DNA of 64,000 nt, from the NCBI GenBank assembly GCA_964502615.1, contig CAZCXF010000003.1:8962-72961 (forward strand), written 5' to 3'. The DNA comes from an uncultured Candidatus Saccharibacteria bacterium. Lineage in GTDB: Bacteria > Patescibacteriota > Minisyncoccia > Phycocordibacterales > UBA9973. The position numbers were made by a program, and so were the translations under genes. Under the pieces are notes generated by a model that did not search any database, was not told the origin of the DNA, and saw only the letters and a list, made by a program, of their open reading frames with translations. This document shows positions 1 to 9,247 of this stretch, piece after piece (within the stretch, counting starts at the first letter, position 1; every line of letters begins with the position of its first letter).

Positions 1-100
1 GATTTACCACATTGCGCCGGGATATTTTTCTATAAAAATGTAAAAAACCTTGATTTTAAAGGGGATATTTTGAAAACTCTCGATAAAATTAGGTAGAATT

Positions 101-307
101 ATGAAAAAAATAGTAATTTCGCTAATAAACACATATCAGAAAATACCTCTTAAATCACACAATTCATGTGTCTTTATACCCACATGTTCTCAATATACAA
201 AAGAATCTATTGAAAAACATGGTTTAAGCAAAGGCCTCTTACACGGGTTTTTAAGGATTTGTAGATGTCATCCTTGGCAAAAAAACCATTATGATCCTAT
301 AAAATAA
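101..307 (+). CDS. yidD: membrane protein insertion efficiency factor YidD
   Basis: 68 aa with the conserved IPTCSQY...RCHPW motif of the YidD family; sits immediately upstream of yidC. Confidence 0.8.
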   Translation: MKKIVISLINTYQKIPLKSHNSCVFIPTCSQYTKESIEKHGLSKGLLHGFLRICRCHPWQKNHYDPIK

Positions 308-348
308 AGTGATTTTGGGTTTCTGTATTTTTAAGATACAATAGGAGG

Positions 349-1089
349 ATGCATGCACTATGGAACACAATCTTCTATCAACCAATATATAACGCTCTTG
401 TTTTTACAATCAACAATATTACCTTTGGTGATGTTGGCTTTGCTATTATCTTTATAACTATAGTAGTGAAATTTATCCTATTCCCTCTTACTAAAAAATC
501 TATAAGAAGCCAGGTTCTAATGAAGAGAATTGAACCAGAACTAAAGAGTATTAAAAAAGATTTTCCAAATAAAGAAGAACAAGCTAAAAAAACATTTGAG
601 TTATATAAAAAATATGGAGTAAACCCATTTTCTGGTTGTTTGGTTGTTTTACTCCAACTCCCAGTTATTTTTGCTTTATATTATGTTTTTTATAAAGGAT
701 TGGATTTATCAAGTGGTCCTCTATATTCTTTTATTCACGCTCCTTTTGATGTACATAATAATTTTTTAGGATTAGTGGATATACATAGTAAAAGTATAGT
801 TCTTGCAGTAATGGCAGGTATATCTCAATTTATTCAAGGATATTTAGCTTCACCTATAAAACCAAAAGTTGAAGTTGTAAAAGATATTAAAAAAGATGAA
901 CCCAAAACATTTCAAGAACAGATGTCAGACAGTATGCAGTTAAATGTAAAATATTTCCTACCTATTTTTATAGCTTTTATTGCTTATCAAATATCTGCTG
1001 CGGTTGCATTATATTGGATTACCAGTAATATATTTACTATAGTTCAAGAATGGTATATAAGACGTGAATTAAACAAAAACACTATATAA
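349..1089 (+). CDS. yidC: YidC/Oxa1 family membrane protein insertase (short Gram-positive/CPR type)
   Basis: 246 aa polytopic protein with YidC-like hydrophobic core; in the yidD-yidC-jag gene order. Confidence 0.8.
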   Translation: MHALWNTIFYQPIYNALVFTINNITFGDVGFAIIFITIVVKFILFPLTKKSIRSQVLMKRIEPELKSIKKDFPNKEEQAKKTFELYKKYGVNPFSGCLVVLLQLPVIFALYYVFYKGLDLSSGPLYSFIHAPFDVHNNFLGLVDIHSKSIVLAVMAGISQFIQGYLASPIKPKVEVVKDIKKDEPKTFQEQMSDSMQLNVKYFLPIFIAFIAYQISAAVALYWITSNIFTIVQEWYIRRELNKNTI

Positions 1090-1095
1090 ATCACT

Positions 1096-1563
1096 ATGCA
1101 AGATAAAATTAAACAAATAATAGAAGATATTTTCAAACACACAAATTGCACAATTTCAAAGTGTGAGTTTTCAGATGAACATGGAATGCTTTGGTGTATG
1201 ATAGAAACCCCTGATTCTAGATTTATGATCGGAAGAGATGGAGAAACACTAAGATCTCTTAATCATTTAGTTCAAAAAGTTATAGAAAAAGATTTACCTG
1301 AAAATGAAACAACTAAGATATTTATTGATGTGAATGGTTACCAGAAAAAACGTTTTAATGATTTAAAAAATATTGCTCACATGATGGCAGAACGTGCTCG
1401 CTACTTCAAAAGTAATATTGAGATTGATCCAATGCCAGCTTTCGAGCGACGTATCATACACATGTTTTTAGAAGGATCTCCTGATATTAAAACAGAGTCC
1501 GAAGGTTTTGGTCCCAATAGAAAAGTGGTAATTAAATATACACCAAACAATATAACTATTTAA
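1096..1563 (+). CDS. khpB: Jag/KhpB-like RNA-binding protein (KH + R3H domains)
   Basis: 155 aa; KH-like GRDGETLRSL segment and C-terminal R3H-like segment; follows yidC in the conserved order. Confidence 0.65.
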   Translation: MQDKIKQIIEDIFKHTNCTISKCEFSDEHGMLWCMIETPDSRFMIGRDGETLRSLNHLVQKVIEKDLPENETTKIFIDVNGYQKKRFNDLKNIAHMMAERARYFKSNIEIDPMPAFERRIIHMFLEGSPDIKTESEGFGPNRKVVIKYTPNNITI

Positions 1564-2559
1564 CTAATGACCGTTTGTTGACCAGTGCCAATTCTCTATT
1601 GGTAAATTTCTCAAACCATATTTACTAGAGTTTTGACTTAACCAATCAAAACAAACTTTTGTAGATCCTACTATTGGGAATCTATTTTTCCTTCCAGTTC
1701 CTATGTTTATAAGTGAACCGTTACATTTTAAATCAAAAGCTAACCCTGTTTCGTGCATAGACGTTCCAGGATATGCTGTAGTTGGATTACATTTTGCATT
1801 TTTATTAAATTCATTTCCAACTCCACAATTTGCTCTTCTAGTTGCTATTTGTTCGGCTGGAGTTCTAAATCCTCCACCTGAAATTTTTAATCCAGCAGCA
1901 TTAGCATCAGCTATCATTTGTTTAAACTTTGCAGAAATTGATTTACAAGCGATAAATCTCACTGTAACAGTTTTTACTTCCTCTACCCCCTCTGGACATT
2001 TTGAAGTCTTGGCACCTGTTGAAGGAATAACTGTTTTTTCGTTAGATAGGATTGGATCTCCATCAACACTAATATCATTACTAACCTGATCCAACGTCAA
2101 TCCGTCTTTCCCTGTCAGTGCCGGATCTATGGTGTTTAAAATAGCATATGCACCAAGAGCAAGTAATAACCCCCCAATAGGACCCCAAATCTTCTTTTTA
2201 AGCTCTGCTTTCTCAGTAAATGACTCACTAGTCATATACGATATACCATGGATTATTAGCATAATAACTGCCAATACTCCACATATACCAATAGCTACAT
2301 TAAATAGAATATTAAAATACTTACCTATATCATTCGTCTCTATCTTCTCTAACCCTGGTAATGGAGCAAGGAGACAATATATATTTTCGTCTCTTTTAGT
2401 TTTTTCGTCCTTTTTAATACAAGGGTCACCTGACGGTTTATCCTTTTCAGCATTTATTGTAACTGGAGTATCCCCTGTCCCAGCATAAATATTAATAACA
2501 GAAATAGATAGATTAAATATTACTATTAGTGTTACAAGAAATACTTTTAAAGGTTTCAT
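1564..2559 (-). CDS. T4SS-associated cell-wall hydrolase: N-terminal signal/TM, VirB2/TrbC-like two-helix module, C-terminal M15 (VanY-like) metallopeptidase domain
   Basis: Two hydrophobic helices separated by a short charged loop (IGKYFNILFNVAIGICGVLAVIMLIIHG...KKKIWGPIGGLLLALGAYAIL). C-terminal SMHETGLAFD (SxHxxGxAxD) and ENWHW motifs of LAS/M15 peptidases. Paralog of 3978-5264. Confidence 0.55.
   Translation of the reverse strand: MKPLKVFLVTLIVIFNLSISVINIYAGTGDTPVTINAEKDKPSGDPCIKKDEKTKRDENIYCLLAPLPGLEKIETNDIGKYFNILFNVAIGICGVLAVIMLIIHGISYMTSESFTEKAELKKKIWGPIGGLLLALGAYAILNTIDPALTGKDGLTLDQVSNDISVDGDPILSNEKTVIPSTGAKTSKCPEGVEEVKTVTVRFIACKSISAKFKQMIADANAAGLKISGGGFRTPAEQIATRRANCGVGNEFNKNAKCNPTTAYPGTSMHETGLAFDLKCNGSLINIGTGRKNRFPIVGSTKVCFDWLSQNSSKYGLRNLPIENWHWSTNGH
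2078..2385. repeat. duplicated segment, copy A (paired with 4705-5012)
   Basis: ~308 bp recognisably similar with a ~118-bp core (2121-2238 vs 4748-4865) differing at about one position. Confidence 0.8.
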
Positions 2560-2560
2560 T

Positions 2561-3949
2561 TTAATTTAAATCCAAACTCCACAGCGTCCCATCTTTTTTA
2601 TTAATAAAATAAAGAGCAGTATTTTCTTTATTTAAAAATAAGTGCGTAGCATCTAAGTATTGATTACCTAAACTATCAACATCTGCAATACTTGAAACTT
2701 CTCCGGTTAAGCTGTTTATTTTTACAAAAGTATCATCAAAAGATGTCAATCCTTGGTACCAAGAATCTGGTTGTTTACTACCTAGAGTATCTGGTATTGC
2801 ACAATATATTGTTATATTATCATCTTTCCAAACACATTTTTCTGGTAAACCACCTATATTTAAATTAGAAATAAAATGGCTTGATGTGTTTAATAGATTT
2901 AATTCCGGCTCTGAATCATTATAAGAACTGTATAATACTACTAACCCATCTTTATTTGAAAGAGTTGTTAATCCTCTAACTCCACCAAGTATCTTCTTTA
3001 AAGTCCCGTTGGTCGTATTTAAACTAAATAGACTACCATTTACAGAACTCGATGCTCTTGTTGTAAGAAAAACATTAGAAGCACCTACCCATTGGGACAA
3101 CCACTCTGAATAAGGAGATGAAAAAACTTGAGATTTTTTATTATCATAAAACGATCTTACCCAACCGGAAATTCCATTTGAATTTTTTACAAGATAAAAG
3201 AATTGGGTTTTATCTGGAGATAAACTTAAATCAATAATGTTTGAAGGCAAAAACTCTCCTTTATCAGCCCCAAGGGTAGCAAAGTAACTACTTATTGTTT
3301 TATTATCTCCAGATAAATATCTGTAAATTATAGAAGAAGCTTTACTGTCAAAAATAGCTTCATATATTCCAGGAATCGTAGAGTTAGATATCTTACTTAC
3401 AGTTTTTGTATCTAAATACATTTGATAAATATGTCCTGTAACTTTTTCAACATACCTAAGAGAAGGAACAGTCTCTACTGTTGGAACGACTGGTTTTTTA
3501 TCTGCCACTTTTTTATTTTTAGTATTTATAGGTTCAGTTTTAGTTTGGGGCTTATCTCCACCTTTAAGTGGGACTTCAGTTGTTGTTTGAGCAGGCTCAC
3601 CACCCCCCTTAACTGGAATTTCATCTACAGGTAAAGGTCTAGTATCCTCAAAAAACGCAGCACCAGATACTGCAAAATCTGTTAACTGATGTAGTCTAAT
3701 TTTTGTTTCCCCTACTCCAACAATTTCAGGGTTATCTGAATTCTGATTTGAAGGATTCTCATTAACCAGAGTACTACTATCTGTAGTAGGTTGCTTAGTA
3801 TTAAAAAGACTGCCAAATAATCCATAAGCACTAGAGTTTGTGCCACTAGAAGAATTACTATTTTTTTTACTAGATATATAGTAAACCAAGAATACCAGGC
3901 CTACTAAAATAAACACAGATATAAAAATTATTTTCGTTTTACGTGGCAT
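2561..3949 (-). CDS. bitopic membrane protein with Pro/Thr-rich linker and large extracytoplasmic domain (VirB8/VirB10-like topology; function unknown)
   Basis: N-terminal TM, low-complexity Ser/Pro-rich region, long beta-rich C-terminus; embedded in the T4SS-like operon. Confidence 0.3.
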   Translation of the reverse strand: MPRKTKIIFISVFILVGLVFLVYYISSKKNSNSSSGTNSSAYGLFGSLFNTKQPTTDSSTLVNENPSNQNSDNPEIVGVGETKIRLHQLTDFAVSGAAFFEDTRPLPVDEIPVKGGGEPAQTTTEVPLKGGDKPQTKTEPINTKNKKVADKKPVVPTVETVPSLRYVEKVTGHIYQMYLDTKTVSKISNSTIPGIYEAIFDSKASSIIYRYLSGDNKTISSYFATLGADKGEFLPSNIIDLSLSPDKTQFFYLVKNSNGISGWVRSFYDNKKSQVFSSPYSEWLSQWVGASNVFLTTRASSSVNGSLFSLNTTNGTLKKILGGVRGLTTLSNKDGLVVLYSSYNDSEPELNLLNTSSHFISNLNIGGLPEKCVWKDDNITIYCAIPDTLGSKQPDSWYQGLTSFDDTFVKINSLTGEVSSIADVDSLGNQYLDATHLFLNKENTALYFINKKDGTLWSLDLN

Positions 3950-3977
3950 AGATTAACCCTTTAATTGTACCATAAAA

Positions 3978-5264
3978 CTATTTATCCTGAGCTACACATT
4001 GAGTATACAAATCAGCCCTAATAGGGGCTTCAGTATTCATAAATTTTCCACCCCCACTACAACTACCAGATCCATACGCTCTATAAGTTTGTTCAATGTT
4101 TTTGCCACATTTCTTATAGTTGTTATTCATAATATAAGCACCCAAAAGAATATCAACCATAGGATCATATAAATCTTTTGCGAATATTCTCTGATGACCA
4201 GGTATTGTTGTTTGAATACCTACCGTATAGTCTGCGTACTTTGAGCCCTTAGGGTAAAGCGTTACACCTAAAAGGCCTATTCCATGAGAAAACCTCCAAT
4301 CGAGACCTAAATCTTGAGCATTTGGGTTTAAAGCAGAATAAGGTTTACCTTGTATATGTTCTGTGTTTTTAAAAGAACCCTTTTCAATCAAAGTGTTATC
4401 TGGAGTAAAAGTTGTACCATCATACTTTTTACCAGAAGCAATAAATTCTCTTCTTGATTTAATTCCAGATGATGCAGCATCTTCATCGTGACCAACAAGA
4501 CCTTCAATACCTCCAGATTCTCTTTGTATTGCAGCTTGAAGTAAGCAGTGTGGAATATTATACTCAGGTTTAGCAGCTATTTCCTTTATAGTATTATAAT
4601 ACTTAGTTCTTTTAAACTTTTTTGTACTTGGATTTGATTGAGTTTCAATAAGTCTTATTTGTTGACCTTCAGATAAGGTAACATTAGGGTCAATATTTAT
4701 GTTGTTACTAACCTGATCCACCGTCAGCCCCTCCTTCCCCGTCAGCGCCGGATCTATAGTGTTTAAAATAGCATATGCACCAAGAGCAAGTAATAACCCC
4801 CCAATAGGACCCCAAATCTTCTTTTTAAGCTCTGCTTTCTCAGTAAATGACTCACTAGTCATATAACTAATCCCATGAATGATTAGCATGATAACTGCAA
4901 GCACTCCACATATACCAATAGCTATATTAAAGAGTATATTAAAATACTTCCCTATATCATTAGTTTCTATGCTCTTTAGCCCTGGAAGTGGAGCCAGGAG
5001 ATTGTAGGTGGTGTTGTTTGAAGGTTTACCGTTTTCAGCATTTATTGTAACGGGAGTATCCCCTTTTTTATAACAAAAAGTATTACCATTAATATTTTTT
5101 AGAGCATCTGAACACAATTCTTTTGTGGCGTATGGTCCTTGTACAACATTAGCAGTATCTAAGAAATACCACTCTTCTTCAGCAGAAACAAAAGCAACTT
5201 GAAAAGAAAGGAAGATATTAAATATTACCGTTAGTATTAATAGATATATATTTAACTTCTTCAT
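3978..5264 (-). CDS. T4SS-associated cell-wall hydrolase: VirB2/TrbC-like two-helix module fused to lytic transglycosylase (SLT-like) domain
   Basis: Same TM module as 1564-2559, near-identical at DNA level. C-terminal LLQAAIQRESGG catalytic-glutamate motif typical of family-1 lytic transglycosylases. Confidence 0.5.
   Translation of the reverse strand: MKKLNIYLLILTVIFNIFLSFQVAFVSAEEEWYFLDTANVVQGPYATKELCSDALKNINGNTFCYKKGDTPVTINAENGKPSNNTTYNLLAPLPGLKSIETNDIGKYFNILFNIAIGICGVLAVIMLIIHGISYMTSESFTEKAELKKKIWGPIGGLLLALGAYAILNTIDPALTGKEGLTVDQVSNNINIDPNVTLSEGQQIRLIETQSNPSTKKFKRTKYYNTIKEIAAKPEYNIPHCLLQAAIQRESGGIEGLVGHDEDAASSGIKSRREFIASGKKYDGTTFTPDNTLIEKGSFKNTEHIQGKPYSALNPNAQDLGLDWRFSHGIGLLGVTLYPKGSKYADYTVGIQTTIPGHQRIFAKDLYDPMVDILLGAYIMNNNYKKCGKNIEQTYRAYGSGSCSGGGKFMNTEAPIRADLYTQCVAQDK
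4705..5012. repeat. duplicated segment, copy B (paired with 2078-2385)
   Basis: See copy A. Confidence 0.8.
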
Positions 5265-5265
5265 T

Positions 5266-6261
5266 TTATAGTGTTAGGTTTAACTTCCCAGCAACTTTTT
5301 GGAATAAGAAATTCAAATTTTCCATAACTAAGTCAATAGTTGCATAACCACCTCTTTCTGCAGGTCTAACAGTTAGTTCTGTTTTTTTGGATGGAGTGTC
5401 AATTGTTTCACCGTTTATTTTCCAGTTATAAGAAAAATTTACCTCGTTACCATCTAATGCCAAGAAGTACGGTTCAGCAACTAAAGTAACTTCATCTTCT
5501 GAAATTAAAGTTCCGTCTGTTAATGCGTTGTTATATAAAACCCCCTCAGTAGGTGATTTCTTATAAAATATAATTTTTGGATTAACAATTGGTATATCTA
5601 TTGTTTTAGTAGCATTATATTTCCCATCTATAGATGAAGCTTGAACAGATATATTTTCTTTTGTTTTTAGTTGATCGTTGGAGAAAATATAATAATCTTT
5701 TCCGTAACCAGAAGCACTCTGTACAGCATTGTCGTCATTTTGCCAAGCGTAAGTAATATTACCCTTACCCTTCGTTATAATGTTTGTGTTTGGAATAGCA
5801 ACTACTTTTATTGTACTTTCTCTGGATGGGAAAGATTTACCTCTATAAAAAGGTGGAGTATAAGATCCTATACTTTCCCACATAAGCTCGACTTCAGAAG
5901 TTTTTATTGTAACCTTTTTTGTAAATTTATCTGCACTATCTGGCGGTGTTATTGTAATATAAAAATCCGTTGTAAGATCTGGTCCTGGTGCTTGAAAAGA
6001 ATAAGAAAGTTTTCCATAACCAGATAATAATATTTTTGAACCATTATGCCATTCAATAAAAGCTTTATTTAAGTCAGTAGCATAACTAGATATTTTTATA
6101 GTAACATCCCCATATGGTTCTGGATTTTCTGGTATGGTTGTTACATCTATGTCTCCATCTTGGAGTCCTACTTCGGAAGCATGGGTTAATAAACTTGGAG
6201 TTAACAAAACACCAAGCACCAATAGACCAAAACCGATAGTTTTCATTTTTAAGAATATCAC
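5266..6261 (-). CDS. secreted beta-rich protein, unknown function (T4SS operon member)
   Basis: N-terminal signal peptide (MKTIGFGLLVLGVLLTPSLLTHA); no recognised domain. Confidence 0.3.
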   Translation of the reverse strand: MIFLKMKTIGFGLLVLGVLLTPSLLTHASEVGLQDGDIDVTTIPENPEPYGDVTIKISSYATDLNKAFIEWHNGSKILLSGYGKLSYSFQAPGPDLTTDFYITITPPDSADKFTKKVTIKTSEVELMWESIGSYTPPFYRGKSFPSRESTIKVVAIPNTNIITKGKGNITYAWQNDDNAVQSASGYGKDYYIFSNDQLKTKENISVQASSIDGKYNATKTIDIPIVNPKIIFYKKSPTEGVLYNNALTDGTLISEDEVTLVAEPYFLALDGNEVNFSYNWKINGETIDTPSKKTELTVRPAERGGYATIDLVMENLNFLFQKVAGKLNLTL

Positions 6262-6304
6262 CTATATATTATATGATAACTTACTTTGGATTGCCAATTT
6301 AGCT

Positions 6305-8137
6305 TTATTGCTTATTTGCTTGTGCCAAGTCATCCTTTGCTTTTTTTATAGCTAGTATTTGTGATGGATCTGAAGTAATTATCTGATCTTCTGTATATGA
6401 AGCGATAGTTTTTACTGCAACGTGTTTAAGCCCAGCAAAGAATATCCCTTCCCCAACATTTGCTTCCAATAATAGGTATTTTTCTTCATCTGTTAGATTA
6501 AAAGTTTTCTGGAGTACATCAACAGTTGACGGAGATTGTTTTAATAGTAGTTGAATAGAAGTGATGGTAACAATAGGCACTGCATAAGGACTCTTCATGA
6601 AGTCGCCAACATCTTGAGTGATAGTTGCAAGTCCAAGGTAGTATTTACGCCCACGTTTAGCAATAGAATATAGGAATGAAGCGGTATCTTCAGATTTCAT
6701 CATCCACCAAGCCTCATCAACCACAAGAAGTCTCTTTTTAATATTTTTACGAACAGCGTTCCATATATAGTGTGTGACTATGTACATTGCGACTGGTTTT
6801 AGTTCGTCTTCCATGTCTCGAACTGAAAATACTACGAACTTTCGATTTATATCTACGTTTGAAGGTTGATTCAAAAATGATGCCCAAGATCCGTGAGTGA
6901 ATTTTGTTAAACGCTGTATTAATGATGCACTTCCCTCCATTCCAGCAAGCACCATCTCAAAGTCAGTAAGAAGTGGTGGTTCAATGTTTGCAAAATTTGA
7001 GTCAGGAGTAATATCTTTTAAAGCGTACGTTTCAGTGATAGCTCGATCGATAATTGAATCTTCTTCTGGAGTAAGGCCTCCAAGCATTATACGAAATAGA
7101 CCTACTAAGTTTATAGTGTTTGCACGAAGGACATCAGCTGGTGTTTCATCTGCTGTAGGTATTGGAAGATCAAAAGGATTGATATGGTGATCAGAAGAAA
7201 GAGCAATATTGAAGTATCTTCCACCAACAGCTTCGGATAAATATTCATACTCTCTTTCTGGGTCAATAACAATAACTTCAGTATCAAACATAAGAGTACG
7301 AATAACTTCAAGTTTAGTAGCATAAGATTTTCCCGCACCAGAAGTCGCGAAAGTTATAGAATTGTAGTTTGGAAGAGAGAATCTATCAAATATAATAAGA
7401 CTAGAGTTATGACGATTTACCCCATAAAGAATTCCTTTGTCAGAGGTTAGATCAAAAGATACGAAAGGAAATAAACTAGAAAGTGGCTCGGTATTTAACT
7501 TTTGATGTATTCCCAAAACATCAGTTCCCAGAGGAATTACACTTTTAAAAGCTTCATCCTGTTGGAATAGTGCTGGTTTTAGATATATAAGTTTTGATTC
7601 CAATAAAGATTTAATTTCACTTTCTATTTTAAATAAGTCATTTTCATTATCAGCATAAACTGTAATATAAAGACCAACATCAAACATTTTTTCCTGTGCC
7701 TGCATTAGGTTATCGCGCAAACTCTCTAGATCTCTATAAGCAGTATCGAGCATTGGGTCACGAACAAGACCTTTAGATTCTCGAATAGATATCTGGCTTT
7801 GAACTTCTGCAACTTTATTTTGAAAAGTATGAAGCACATCCACAGTGTCTATAGGATGTATAAATATTGAAACATCAAAAACTTTGTCCAGGTTTATTAT
7901 TGGTGAAAACCAGTTATCAGTAAGATATCTTGGATATGATATGACAAAGAAAGTTCGAGCAATTTTATCTCCAAGATTAAGCGATTTTGGTGTGATTTGG
8001 AGTGCAGATGGTGCAATAATATCTTGAAGCTCTAGTACAGCAGCTTTATATATTTCAGCAGGCAAAACAGGCATAACCATATTTTTAGGTTTTGTTATGT
8101 CGTTCTTTTTCCCAAATAATGATGAAAATATACCCAT
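6305..8137 (-). CDS. virB4: VirB4/TrbE/CagE-family T4SS ATPase (ATPase domain)
   Basis: Walker A FATSGAGKSYATK and Walker B LLVVDEAWWMM; size and motif spacing as in VirB4 C-terminal AAA_10 domain. Confidence 0.8.
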   Translation of the reverse strand: MGIFSSLFGKKNDITKPKNMVMPVLPAEIYKAAVLELQDIIAPSALQITPKSLNLGDKIARTFFVISYPRYLTDNWFSPIINLDKVFDVSIFIHPIDTVDVLHTFQNKVAEVQSQISIRESKGLVRDPMLDTAYRDLESLRDNLMQAQEKMFDVGLYITVYADNENDLFKIESEIKSLLESKLIYLKPALFQQDEAFKSVIPLGTDVLGIHQKLNTEPLSSLFPFVSFDLTSDKGILYGVNRHNSSLIIFDRFSLPNYNSITFATSGAGKSYATKLEVIRTLMFDTEVIVIDPEREYEYLSEAVGGRYFNIALSSDHHINPFDLPIPTADETPADVLRANTINLVGLFRIMLGGLTPEEDSIIDRAITETYALKDITPDSNFANIEPPLLTDFEMVLAGMEGSASLIQRLTKFTHGSWASFLNQPSNVDINRKFVVFSVRDMEDELKPVAMYIVTHYIWNAVRKNIKKRLLVVDEAWWMMKSEDTASFLYSIAKRGRKYYLGLATITQDVGDFMKSPYAVPIVTITSIQLLLKQSPSTVDVLQKTFNLTDEEKYLLLEANVGEGIFFAGLKHVAVKTIASYTEDQIITSDPSQILAIKKAKDDLAQANKQ

Positions 8138-8138
8138 A

Positions 8139-8792
8139 TTATTGTAATTTAATTCCCCTACTAATATCTCCTGGGTTGAAAGTCTTATAGAAAAGCTCTA
8201 CTTCTTCTTCTGTTGTTAGTTGACTGCTTCTAATACCGAGTCCTCCAAGTCCTGAAATTATAACATTAACTCTTTGGTCCAACTGGCTTCGTTTTTCTTC
8301 AAAGGAAGCCATTTCGAGAGCTTTCTTTGTATTTTCAACAGCTTTTTTTGTTTCGCCTCCGCCTATAATTTTATCAAGTAACCCGTCCCCTGATTTTAGT
8401 ACTGTTGGACTATAAGGCACTACAACGAAAAAGGTTTTAGTCATTATATTTACTTCATCAGTAAACGCTCTGATAAAATCAATATATTCTTTTGTTTGTA
8501 TTTTTAGAAGTTTTTCGTTTTGAACCTTGAGCCTTTCTTCAAGCATTCCTAAGTATGGCCTAATATCTAGTCTTCTTGATTGCATAACGATCTGGGTTGA
8601 AAAATCTAAACCATTTAAAAAAGATTGAAATTGACTAATTATAGCTGCTTGCTCATCTGCAGATTTAAGAGAAAGGTTTATAGAAGAGGCAATCAAGACA
8701 GCTCGAAGTCCCCCATCTTTTAAAATGATAACCCCATTTCTTACTTCTTTTATTGGTACAAATTCTTGAGCTGCGCGTGCGTTTATAGCCAT
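8139..8792 (-). CDS. probable VirB4 N-terminal domain, encoded as a separate ORF (split virB4 or frameshift)
   Basis: 217 aa soluble protein directly abutting the VirB4 ATPase ORF (stop TAA, 1 nt, ATG, different frame). 217+610 aa matches a canonical VirB4 (~800 aa). N-terminal sequence resembles the N-terminus of Firmicutes VirB4 homologues (from memory, not verified). Confidence 0.35.
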   Translation of the reverse strand: MAINARAAQEFVPIKEVRNGVIILKDGGLRAVLIASSINLSLKSADEQAAIISQFQSFLNGLDFSTQIVMQSRRLDIRPYLGMLEERLKVQNEKLLKIQTKEYIDFIRAFTDEVNIMTKTFFVVVPYSPTVLKSGDGLLDKIIGGGETKKAVENTKKALEMASFEEKRSQLDQRVNVIISGLGGLGIRSSQLTTEEEVELFYKTFNPGDISRGIKLQ

Positions 8793-8813
8793 AAGTTTAT
8801 TATATCATGTTAC

Positions 8814-9227
8814 CTACTCCTTATTATTCTCATCAGGCTGCACATCCAAACTCCAAGATATATCTCTTAATTTACTAGAAGAGAGAACTGGTAGAACTGA
8901 AGTTTGCGGGAGGGCCTCTTCTTCTTTGTTTGCATCCTTGGGTTTAGCTAGACGCTGTTTCCATATATACAGCTTGTTTGAAATAGCATAATTTATCGCT
9001 GCTTGGAGGTAGTATATAAAAGGCTTATTGTTTATCTTGTAAAAAGTTAAAAGGCCTGCTAGAAGCCCGACTGGTAGTATCAACAAAATTGCTATCCAAA
9101 AAGGTAGAAGTTTGTATAGAACAAATATCATTCCAGCACCCCCTGCCATGTATACGAACTGTCTAAAAGTAAAAGGACCAAAAAGTTTATCCTCAACGTC
9201 TATAAATTGTGGAACTTTAAATTGCAT
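8814..9227 (-). CDS. PrgI-family / VirB3-like small membrane protein
   Basis: N-terminal KVPQFIDVEDKLFGPFTFRQF motif followed by two TM helices; located directly upstream of virB4 as in Gram-positive T4SS loci (prgI-prgJ). Confidence 0.55.
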   Translation of the reverse strand: MQFKVPQFIDVEDKLFGPFTFRQFVYMAGGAGMIFVLYKLLPFWIAILLILPVGLLAGLLTFYKINNKPFIYYLQAAINYAISNKLYIWKQRLAKPKDANKEEEALPQTSVLPVLSSSKLRDISWSLDVQPDENNKE

Positions 9228-9247
9228 ATCCTAATTGTATCACAAAA

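Noticed and set aside
1560-1566. Convergent jag and M15-fusion genes with zero-nucleotide spacing and no terminator
   Set aside because: Notable but probably just compact genome organisation; no structural element to annotate.
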